Positions 18,481-25,448 of a stretch of DNA of 55,181 nt are shown here, one piece after another. Both the position numbers and the translations under genes were made by a program. The stretch is from sequence record OQ101248.1; one strand, 5' to 3'. This DNA is from Acinetobacter phage Acba_3. The first letter of the stretch is position 1, and each line of letters opens with the position of its first letter. The notes beneath the pieces were generated by a model. It was not told where the DNA came from, searched no databases, and saw nothing but the letters and a program-made list of their open reading frames with translations.

Positions 18481-18849
18481 ATGGGCTTACGTGACGAAAT
18501 TCAGGCAGATATTGCTGAAGCATTTAATGAGGATCTGGCGGATGCGGTCCAAACATTTACATGTGACAGGGTTGTTAGTACCAACTGGAACCCTAAAACA
18601 AACACCTCTGAAAATGTCATTGAGCATTATGAGGGGCGTGGCGTTCTGTTTGGCTCATACAATCAATATGAAATACAAACTCTCGGAGTACTGGCCACAG
18701 ATAAAAAGGCAACTGTGCTGCAGAATGAAGTTACCAAAGAGCCGATGATTGATGACGAATGGAGTACGGCGCAAGGTACATATCGCATCATGCATATCAA
18801 ACAAGATCCAATCAGTGCAAGCTGGAAATGTCAGCTTCGAAAAGTGTAG
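18481..18849 (+). CDS. Putative head closure protein
   Basis: ATG 18481 directly follows upstream stop; 122 aa. Confidence 0.4.
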   Translation: MGLRDEIQADIAEAFNEDLADAVQTFTCDRVVSTNWNPKTNTSENVIEHYEGRGVLFGSYNQYEIQTLGVLATDKKATVLQNEVTKEPMIDDEWSTAQGTYRIMHIKQDPISASWKCQLRKV

Positions 18850-18857
18850 GGGCTAAA

Positions 18858-19262
18858 ATGGTTAATACCGAATATGTTCCAGAGTGGTACATCACACCTT
18901 TTCAGCATGTGCAATACACGCTTGCTAGAAATCAGCTTCACATGGATTTGTTATTTGAAGATATGGATGAAGCTGATCAATTTTTGGATATGGGAGCGGA
19001 TGCACAGGTTAGTACTTTTTCTGATGGTGCATATGCAATCGTCCAAATTGGTGATACGGCGGATAAAGACAAAATTCAAGTATATGGATTGCTTTTACAT
19101 GAAGCGGTTCACGTTTGGCAAATAGTAAAGAAGCGAATGGGTGAAAGTGAACCAAGTGTTGAGTTTGAAGCATATTCAATTCAAGCGATCGCTCAAGACC
19201 TATTTGAAATGTACGAAGCAAGCGAGGTGAGCAATGGGATGGAAGGGGAAAAAGCCGACTAG
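18858..19262 (+). CDS. Putative neck/tail component (contains HEAVH motif)
   Basis: ATG 18858 preceded by GTAGGGG RBS; LLLHEAVHVWQ motif noted. Confidence 0.4.
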   Translation: MVNTEYVPEWYITPFQHVQYTLARNQLHMDLLFEDMDEADQFLDMGADAQVSTFSDGAYAIVQIGDTADKDKIQVYGLLLHEAVHVWQIVKKRMGESEPSVEFEAYSIQAIAQDLFEMYEASEVSNGMEGEKAD

Positions 19263-19602
19263 CTTTAGTGTTGATGTGGTGAAAAATGCTGAAGAACAAG
19301 TAAAGAAAATCACGATGGATACCGTGCAATCACTTGTAGTTTCGAGTCCAGTTGATACAGGTGCTTACAGAGCTTCTCATATCGTATCTATTGGAACTGC
19401 TGATTATGGTGTTCGTGAACCATCAACTAATCCAGTTCAAGATGCAGCAGTTCAAGCAGTCAAGTTTAAGCTTGGAAATCTGATCTTTATTCAAAACAAC
19501 AAAGCCTATGGTCCGCGATTAGAAAACGGTTGGTCTGATCAAGCACCTCTTGGTATTTACAGCACTACTTTCACTTACATTACTCAAAAATATGGTGGCT
19601 AA
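19234..19602 (+). CDS. HK97 gp10-like tail component
   Basis: VDTGAYRASH matches the dTGnLrrS signature of HK97 gp10 family. Confidence 0.5.
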   Translation: MGWKGKKPTSFSVDVVKNAEEQVKKITMDTVQSLVVSSPVDTGAYRASHIVSIGTADYGVREPSTNPVQDAAVQAVKFKLGNLIFIQNNKAYGPRLENGWSDQAPLGIYSTTFTYITQKYGG

Positions 19603-19603
19603 G

Positions 19604-20002
19604 ATGCCAATGACATTAGAGCAAGCTAGACAAGCAATAGTCGACCGTATGATGGCCTTTACAGGAATTTCTCAAGAAAGAATCCATTATCCAAATGCAC
19701 CAGGCTTCTTAGCACCAGCAAAGGGCTTATGGTGCCGCTTAACCATTAAATGGGGTCCAAGTTTCATTGCTGGGTTAGCCGATACACCCTGTACTCGACG
19801 TACTGGGAATATCTTGATTCAATGCTTTGCAAGACCAGACACGGGAGACCAGGCAATAACCATTCTAAGTGTTGCATTACTTTCACATTTTGAATATTTC
19901 AGGATTGGGCATTTAGAATGCTTTCAAGGTCAAACGATAGATGCGGGTAAAGATGCTGACTTTCTGCAGTACAATGTGACGATTGGATTTACGGTGAATT
20001 GA
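19604..20002 (+). CDS. Putative tail terminator / completion protein
   Basis: Position before major tail gene. Confidence 0.4.
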   Translation: MPMTLEQARQAIVDRMMAFTGISQERIHYPNAPGFLAPAKGLWCRLTIKWGPSFIAGLADTPCTRRTGNILIQCFARPDTGDQAITILSVALLSHFEYFRIGHLECFQGQTIDAGKDADFLQYNVTIGFTVN

Positions 20003-20003
20003 T

Positions 20004-20216
20004 ATGTCTTACATGCTGACGCTAGAAGAAATTGAAATTAAAAAACAAGAGCTTGAACGACACTTGGCAGATGTAATGGCTAAGGAGCTAAGTAAATGGC
20101 AGTTGTCTAATAAATTATGTATTTCTGATGTAAAAATTCGCCTCGCTAATGTTAATAGCATAAATGGACCAAATTTAAATATTGTTACTGGAGTAAGTGT
20201 TGATTTGGATGATTGA
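20004..20216 (+). CDS. Hypothetical protein
   Basis: ORF. Confidence 0.3.
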   Translation: MSYMLTLEEIEIKKQELERHLADVMAKELSKWQLSNKLCISDVKIRLANVNSINGPNLNIVTGVSVDLDD

Positions 20217-20236
20217 TATTAAGTTTTAAAGAAGTT

Positions 20237-20259
20237 ACCGCCTGAGGGCGGTTTTTTTA
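20237..20259 (+). terminator. Rho-independent terminator (first of tandem pair)
   Basis: accgcc-tgag-ggcggt then T7. Confidence 0.7.
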
Positions 20260-20274
20260 CGTCCCTAATTTTAT

Positions 20275-20299
20275 AGCCACCTTCGGGTGGCTTTTTTTA
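20275..20299 (+). terminator. Rho-independent terminator (second of tandem pair)
   Basis: agccacc-ttcg-ggtggct then T7. Confidence 0.7.
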
Positions 20300-20323
20300 T
20301 GCCTAACGTCGGAGTATATAGAT

Positions 20324-21253
20324 ATGTCGAGTGGTGCACGTCAGATAACACAAATCGCGAAGGAAACCACTGTTGGTACCACACCTTCACCCTTCGCACG
20401 TACGACCTTTGAATTTACTGAAAATGGCCTTGATGCGACAGTAACAAAGGAAGACTCTAACTCAATCACAAGTGGCCGTATTGCACGTTCATCAATGATT
20501 ACCGGTGCAGAGTATGCCGGTGAATTAAAATGTGAAGCGAAGTACAGTTCATTAGTTCAAGACTTAATGGCTGCAGCTGCTTTTAATAACTGGTCGTCAA
20601 ATGTATTAACTTTTGGTGGCACACTTCGTCAAACATTTTCTGTTTTACGTGGCTTTGAAGATGTTAATGACTACCATGTTTTCCGTGGATGTCATGTAAA
20701 CACTTTTGGAATTGATATTCCTGAAGCTGGCTTAATTACAATGACTTTCGGCCTTATGGCTCTTGGTCGTACAAACTTTTCTTCAGCACCGGCTGGAACA
20801 ATTACAGCGGCAGATAACAATCCTAAAATGTCGAATGTCTCTGTAGGTGACATTTTAATTGACGGCGTTTCTCAAGCTGGGATTTCATGCTTGACCGCTT
20901 TTACATTTAATTGGGATAACACTATGCAGCTACAACGCTGTTTAGGTGGTGGTATTGATGCACGTGCAATCCTAGAAATGCTTGCAACAGGTACAGGTTC
21001 ATTTACCGCAGCTTGGTCACGCAATACATCCGATATGTATGAAAAGCAATTCACTAACAAAACGATTTCATTAAAAGTTCCAATCACTGATACAGATGGG
21101 AATAAATATGAAATTTTTATTCCTAAAGCTGAAATTACTGCCCCATGGCCTAGTGGTGGTAATTCAGATCTTTTAAATGCTTCATTCGAATATAAAGTCG
21201 TAGAAGTAGCCCCAACCATCACTCGTACACCAGCAGCAGTTCCTGCGTCTTAA
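20324..21253 (+). CDS. Major tail protein
   Basis: 309 aa, GGAG RBS, flanked by terminators, located before chaperone/tape-measure genes. Confidence 0.65.
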   Translation: MSSGARQITQIAKETTVGTTPSPFARTTFEFTENGLDATVTKEDSNSITSGRIARSSMITGAEYAGELKCEAKYSSLVQDLMAAAAFNNWSSNVLTFGGTLRQTFSVLRGFEDVNDYHVFRGCHVNTFGIDIPEAGLITMTFGLMALGRTNFSSAPAGTITAADNNPKMSNVSVGDILIDGVSQAGISCLTAFTFNWDNTMQLQRCLGGGIDARAILEMLATGTGSFTAAWSRNTSDMYEKQFTNKTISLKVPITDTDGNKYEIFIPKAEITAPWPSGGNSDLLNASFEYKVVEVAPTITRTPAAVPAS

Positions 21254-21263
21254 TCAATCTGAT

Positions 21264-21287
21264 AGCAGCCTTAGGGCTGCTTTTTTT
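21264..21287 (+). terminator. Rho-independent terminator
   Basis: agcagcc-ttag-ggctgct then T7. Confidence 0.6.
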
Positions 21288-21297
21288 GGAGTTTAAA

Positions 21298-21831
21298 ATG
21301 GCTTTAAAAGTAAGCATTCAGACTAGTAAAACAGTTAGTAAATGGCGTAAGTATATTGATGGTGAAGGGAATGTATTAGCTGAATTTAAAGTACGTGGTA
21401 TCTCATATAAACCATATCAAGTGGCCCTTGAGCGTGCAAATAATCAGATTGCATCAAAAGGTTATGATGTAACTAAAGCTAGTAAAGACGACAAGCTATA
21501 TCATGAATTGCTTCTTGAAGCTGCGGCCTGCCATTTAATTGAGGACTGGAAAGGCGTAGTTTTTGAAGAAGTAACCGAAAATCAAGAACTGATTGTGTCT
21601 GAACCAGAATATTCGCAGGAAAATGCAATTAAGTTGTTGAATCTAGGCGATCTTGGTGTGGCAATTTGGTTGTTTGTGAGACAAGAGGCGGAAAATATCC
21701 AAAAAGAAGCTGATGCATATAAGGATGAAGTAGTGGGAAAGTCATTAACCTCTACAACTGGACCAAGTTCAACTCAGAAGAAGAAGCGAGCGACTACAAC
21801 AAGAAACAAACAGCAATTGCAAAAGCCTTAA
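21298..21831 (+). CDS. Tail assembly chaperone (lambda gpG-like)
   Basis: GGAG RBS; contains GGGAAAG slippery heptamer at 21735-21741 in X_XXY_YYZ phase; paralog of 25041-25388. Confidence 0.55.
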   Translation: MALKVSIQTSKTVSKWRKYIDGEGNVLAEFKVRGISYKPYQVALERANNQIASKGYDVTKASKDDKLYHELLLEAAACHLIEDWKGVVFEEVTENQELIVSEPEYSQENAIKLLNLGDLGVAIWLFVRQEAENIQKEADAYKDEVVGKSLTSTTGPSSTQKKKRATTTRNKQQLQKP

Positions 21832-22085
21832 ATTTAAAAATAGCTGAAACCATCCAAAAGCCTGAATACTCATTTACAGCCAATGCCATTCTTTCAGCAT
21901 ATAACGTAATTTCCCGTTCAAGGCGTTATGAGCAAGGCATTCCCTTGGCTTTGGATATTGCAGCTATATCTGCCTATTGTGATCATTATGAGATCCCAGT
22001 CGAAAGAGATATTTTTAACGACTGTATTTTTGCATTGGATAATTTGTTTTTGGATGAGGTGCATAAGAAAGCGAGTAAAAAATAG
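21735..22085 (+). CDS. Predicted -1 frameshift extension (lambda gpT-like) producing a G-T-like fusion
   Basis: 117 stop-free codons in the -1 frame from heptamer G_GGA_AAG (identical to the lambda G/T site) to TAG 22083-22085; frame contains no ATG, so accessible only by frameshifting. Confidence 0.55.
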   Translation, partial: GKVINLYNWTKFNSEEEASDYNKKQTAIAKALNLKIAETIQKPEYSFTANAILSAYNVISRSRRYEQGIPLALDIAAISAYCDHYEIPVERDIFNDCIFALDNLFLDEVHKKASKK

Positions 22086-22273
22086 AAATCTATATTGCAT
22101 TTGGCAAAAATCAAAGATAAATTGATGTCTCATACTTCTCACTCTTGACTGTATTTTTGCATTGGATAATTTGTTTTTGGATGAGGTGCATAAGAAAGCG
22201 AGTAAAAAATAGAAATCTATATTGCATTTGGCAAAAATCAAAGATAAATTGATGTCTCATACTTCTCACTCTT
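22020..22273. repeat. Perfect 127-bp tandem duplication (22020-22146 and 22147-22273)
   Basis: Identical copies; each carries the 3' end of the -1 frame T-like ORF plus a TTGCAT-N17-TAAATT promoter. Confidence 0.9.
22095..22123 (+). promoter_or_regulatory. Sigma70-like promoter TTGCAT-N17-TAAATT (second identical copy at 22222-22250)
   Basis: -35 22095-22100, 17-nt spacer, -10 22118-22123. Confidence 0.45.
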
Positions 22274-22278
22274 TGAGT

Positions 22279-22311
22279 AAGGGCCGCCGGTCGAATGTCG
22301 GGCTTTTTTTG
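22279..22311 (+). terminator. Probable rho-independent terminator
   Basis: GC-rich imperfect hairpin gggccgcc...gtcgggc followed by T7 run. Confidence 0.45.
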
Positions 22312-22342
22312 TTAAGTGGTAATTCACCTACAAAGGAAAGCA

Positions 22343-22485
22343 TGATGAAGAACCTTACTCATGCAGAACCCTATTTCATCATGCGTGAAAAAAAGGAACT
22401 GCAAAAGAGACTTTTAGATAAGAACAATGAACTATTGGAATTGATGCAAAGAGTTGAAAAATACTTGATGAGGATAGAAAAATAG
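22343..22485 (+). CDS. Hypothetical small protein (47 aa)
   Basis: AAGGAAAG RBS then ATG 22343; coiled-coil-like. Confidence 0.3.
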
Positions 22486-22501
22486 AGAGTTGTCTTTCTA
22501 C

Positions 22502-22535
22502 AAAAAAGCCCGCCTAATCAGCGGGTTTATTTGTT
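22502..22535. terminator. Bidirectional terminator
   Basis: A6-gcccgc-ctaatca-gcgggt-TTTATTTGTTT; serves convergent genes. Confidence 0.5.
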
Positions 22536-22780
22536 TCTAGCTCTTCAATTCGTGCCATTAGTTTTTCAATTAAAACAGTTGCGCGATCTAAATTCTTATT
22601 GCTCATATCTATAAGCTTCATAACTTCAGTTGGGATTTTCTCATTTATATCAAGGCTTTCTTCAAGTCTTGCAACTATTTCAGCAGTTAAAGATCTTTCA
22701 TTGTCTTTAGCCTTCTCTTCTAATAATTCTTTGAGCTTGCTAGGCATTCTAAAATTCACTTGAGAATAATCTTTAGCCAT
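22514..22780 (-). CDS. Arc/Mnt-like ribbon-helix-helix repressor (divergent partner)
   Basis: YSQVNFRMPSKLKELLEEKAKDNERSLTAEIVARLEESL is a classic Arc-type RHH N-terminus; ATG at 22780 preferred over TTG 22804. Confidence 0.6.
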   Translation of the reverse strand: MAKDYSQVNFRMPSKLKELLEEKAKDNERSLTAEIVARLEESLDINEKIPTEVMKLIDMSNKNLDRATVLIEKLMARIEELETNKPAD

Positions 22781-22902
22781 GGACCATATACCGCAAATTG
22801 ACAATTAACTAATCATATATAGCAAAAGTGCTTTACACAATGAAGCAAGAGTGCTATAAAGTAAAAATGCTATATAGCAAAGGTGCTTTATTGGAGGTAA
22901 AA
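22781..22902. promoter_or_regulatory. Divergent promoter/operator region of the immI-like module
   Basis: + strand TTTACA(22832-37)-N17-TATAAA(22855-60); perfect 12-bp palindrome TGCTATATAGCA at 22868-22879 over the predicted start site; direct repeats TATAGCAAA(A/G)GTGCTTTA at 22817-22835 and 22873-22890; - strand TTGTGT-N17-TATGAT. Confidence 0.5.
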
Positions 22903-23064
22903 ATGACAAGGCATGATAAGCAAATGAACGTTCGTATGGCACATGAAACAGTAAGTGAATTAAAGGAGGTAGCAAAGAAAAATCGTCGATCGGTAACGGC
23001 TCAGTTAAATCAAATCATAGAAGACTGGCTAAAAGAACAGAAACAACAGGATGCGAAAGCATGA
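22903..23064 (+). CDS. Arc-like ribbon-helix-helix repressor
   Basis: MNVRMAHETVSELKEVAKKNRRSVTAQLNQIIEDWL = Arc-type RHH; GGAGGT RBS. Confidence 0.6.
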   Translation: MTRHDKQMNVRMAHETVSELKEVAKKNRRSVTAQLNQIIEDWLKEQKQQDAKA

Positions 23065-23143
23065 AATTAACAGACAACAAAAAAGCCCCTGAATCTTGGC
23101 GGATGCGGAGCTTGATTGAAGTCATAACAGTGAGATATGAACT

Positions 23144-23530
23144 ATGTTAAATATACCATTCGAATTTGATAAAGACAAGGTTCTAGATATTACCGATCTA
23201 CTGCCAACCATTCCTATTGAGATTCTTGAGAAAGTAACAGATCAAAACGGTTCTGTTTCGGCAGATGAAGAAAATTTTCTAAAATCTGTAGGCCGTGCTG
23301 CGGAAAATGCAAACCTTCCAGTTTTAAAGGGATTAAGTGCTATTGGTGTGTTGCTTGCCAACGCAAATGAAGAAATACCGTTAGGAACATTTAATGATGT
23401 TGGCTGGTTAATACAATCGCTTAGCGAACAAGTTTTAGCTATAAGCCATATGCAAGGGTTCGCTGACTTACTTCTTGATGCAAGTAATAAGAACAAAATC
23501 TCTAAGGGCAATGGAGGGCTAATGTCATGA
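23144..23530 (+). CDS. Hypothetical protein
   Basis: ORF between arc-like and antirepressor genes. Confidence 0.4.
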   Translation: MLNIPFEFDKDKVLDITDLLPTIPIEILEKVTDQNGSVSADEENFLKSVGRAAENANLPVLKGLSAIGVLLANANEEIPLGTFNDVGWLIQSLSEQVLAISHMQGFADLLLDASNKNKISKGNGGLMS

Positions 23531-24066
23531 ATATGCTTATTAACCAAGAAACTTTAATTCCAGTTGTTGATAGAGATATTGGCGGAGAGGTTCAGCCTTC
23601 TGTTGATTCACGTGAATTGCATAAGTGGCTTAAATCTGGGGAAATGTTTGCCACATGGATAAAAAAACGGATTAAGACCTATAAATTTATTGAAAATGAA
23701 GACTATATTAGTTTTTTGGTAAACCCCAAAAAACCTAATGGTGGGCGTTCTTCAAGAGAATACATATTAACTATTGATATGGCTAAAGAGCTGTCAATGG
23801 TTGAAAACAATGAACAAGGTCGGGTTGCAAGACGTTATTTTATTAACTGTGAAAAAGCATTGCGACAAACAGCATTTGGATTAATGAACCAATTCAACAG
23901 AGCTGTATTAGAGTTTGAGAAGTTTACTGAAATTGCTTCAAATGCTGGAAGAACATTATGTTTGGTTGGTAAGCAGTACAAACCTCAAGCATTAAGTAAG
24001 GTTGAGGAGCTGAAGCAAAAGATTACGCCTTTGCTCCCATTCGAAGAAGACGAGATGCAAGCTTAA
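23527..24066 (+). CDS. Phage antirepressor (AntA/KilAC-like)
   Basis: SRELHKWLKSGEMFATWIKKRIKTYKFIENEDY...GGRSSREYILTIDMAKELSMVE matches antirepressor family pattern. Confidence 0.6.
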   Translation: MNMLINQETLIPVVDRDIGGEVQPSVDSRELHKWLKSGEMFATWIKKRIKTYKFIENEDYISFLVNPKKPNGGRSSREYILTIDMAKELSMVENNEQGRVARRYFINCEKALRQTAFGLMNQFNRAVLEFEKFTEIASNAGRTLCLVGKQYKPQALSKVEELKQKITPLLPFEEDEMQA

Positions 24067-24162
24067 AAGAATTAAGAACCCGCCAAGTGCGGGTTTTCTT
24101 CATGTGACATTTAGTAACCAGTTTGTTAAAGTTAGTACACTTTATAACAAACGGTGAAATTC

Positions 24163-24669
24163 ATGAAAAAGATTATTTTTATTCTAGCTGCACTAGGAAT
24201 TATTACAAGTCATGGGTGTATTACTATTCCTTCTCCAGAAGAAGTCCAAAGAAATGCTTATAAAGGATATTCTGAAGTGGTAGAACTGAATAGTATTCCT
24301 AAAGATCAAATATTTGAACTTTCAAAAATCTGGATTGCTAAATCTTTTAATTCTGCAAACAATGTCATTCAGTATGCGGATAAAAATACTGGAATAATCA
24401 TAGGGAAAGGTAACTTTTCTCTTAAATGCCCTGACAATGTAAAAGGTATGAATTGCTTAGCTTATACATCAACTAAAGCAGAATTTACTTTGAAAATAGA
24501 GATAAAAGATGGCAAATCCAGATTGACCTTTAGTGATGTACACCAAGCTGTAAATAACTACCCATTTTATGACAATATTTCTAAACCTATTATTGATTCC
24601 CAGATTAAAGGGATAGTTAAGAACTATGGTCTTGATATCATAAATCAAAAGAATGATTCAAATTGGTAG
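24163..24669 (+). CDS. Secreted/membrane-anchored protein with signal peptide (moron)
   Basis: N-terminal MKKIIFILAALGIITSHGC signal sequence; Lys-rich beta-type sequence. Confidence 0.45.
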   Translation: MKKIIFILAALGIITSHGCITIPSPEEVQRNAYKGYSEVVELNSIPKDQIFELSKIWIAKSFNSANNVIQYADKNTGIIIGKGNFSLKCPDNVKGMNCLAYTSTKAEFTLKIEIKDGKSRLTFSDVHQAVNNYPFYDNISKPIIDSQIKGIVKNYGLDIINQKNDSNW

Positions 24670-24729
24670 TAATTTGCTAATAAATAAAAGGTTAAATACT
24701 CATACTTAATAGTTTTTAAATACCAAATA

Positions 24730-24754
24730 GCCCACTCATCGAGTGGGTTTTTTA
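24730..24754 (+). terminator. Rho-independent terminator
   Basis: cccactc-atc-gagtggg then T6. Confidence 0.65.
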
Positions 24755-24769
24755 ATACCCAAAACAAAA

Positions 24770-24798
24770 CCCCAGTAGCGCTAACTACTGGGGTTTTT
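24770..24798 (+). terminator. Rho-independent terminator
   Basis: ccccagtag...ctactgggg then T5. Confidence 0.6.
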
Positions 24799-24840
24799 CA
24801 TTCCACCCACCGACGAAAGTAAGAGGAAAGTAAATCTATA

Positions 24841-24990
24841 TGGAGCATTTTAAACCAATAGTGGAGCTTATGAAAGTGTCTATTGAAAAGTATGGCTTAT
24901 GGCAGACAATTATTGCCTTTTTAATTTTGTTTTCCATACCAATTCTAATCTGGAAATTACCTGAAATCATTGCAGCGATTAAAGCCTAAA
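24841..24990 (+). CDS. Small hydrophobic peptide (49 aa, one predicted TM helix)
   Basis: MEHFKPIVELMKVSIEKYGLWQTIIAFLILFSIPILIWKLPEIIAAIKA; own terminator downstream. Confidence 0.3.
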
Positions 24991-25017
24991 ACCGACCTAT
25001 CAATGGTCGGTTTTTTA
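24990..25017 (+). terminator. Rho-independent terminator
   Basis: accgacc-tatcaat-ggtcggt then T6. Confidence 0.65.
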
Positions 25018-25040
25018 TTACCGAAATTTTGGAAGCAAAT

Positions 25041-25388
25041 ATGACGGATAAATCCAAATGGTTTGTTTTTAAGAAAAATGATCAAGTTTTTGGATGTTTC
25101 AGGATTAAGCCTTTTTCCGATCCTGAATTTGGTAAAGCCTATAAAATGCTTTGTACCAAAAAAAGTATTTTTAGAATGAGTGCCATGCGATCTGCCCAAG
25201 AGTTTGCAAAAATTATCGCAACTCATCTTATACAGGATTGGGAAAATATTGAACTTTCAAAAACAGGAATAGCTGGAGAAAAGGAAACACGGTATTCGCC
25301 TCAATCGGCCTATCAGCTATTGATGTATGGAGATCTAGGGGCTGAGATAACTTCATGGATCTTGGAAAAGTCCAAAAGTATTGCCTAG
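25041..25388 (+). CDS. Tail assembly chaperone paralog (gpG-like) adjacent to the tape measure gene
   Basis: Shares LI(Q/E)DW...LL..GDLG...W blocks with 21298-21831; GGAAG RBS. Confidence 0.5.
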   Translation: MTDKSKWFVFKKNDQVFGCFRIKPFSDPEFGKAYKMLCTKKSIFRMSAMRSAQEFAKIIATHLIQDWENIELSKTGIAGEKETRYSPQSAYQLLMYGDLGAEITSWILEKSKSIA

Positions 25389-25448
25389 TTAAGACTCGAT
25401 TTATTGCCGCCGCTTAAGGTGGTTTTTTATTGCCTGAAGGAAAGTCAA

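Noticed and set aside
22222-22342. N-terminal part of listed ORF 22222-22485 (MHLAKIKDK...)
   Set aside because: Starts inside duplicated repeat copy 2 and runs through a terminator-like hairpin/T-run (22279-22311); only the 22343 ATG with RBS was kept, at low confidence.
25041-25388. Second programmed frameshift in the chaperone paralog adjacent to the tape measure gene
   Set aside because: No X_XXY_YYZ heptamer in phase (A_AAG_GAA at 25279-25285 does not fit), and no downstream open -1 frame before the tape measure start.
25404-25448. Upstream ATG start for tape measure (MPPLKVVFYCLKESQ)
   Set aside because: Overlaps a hairpin followed by a T-run (25408-25428); ATG 25449 with GAAGGAAAG RBS is more plausible.
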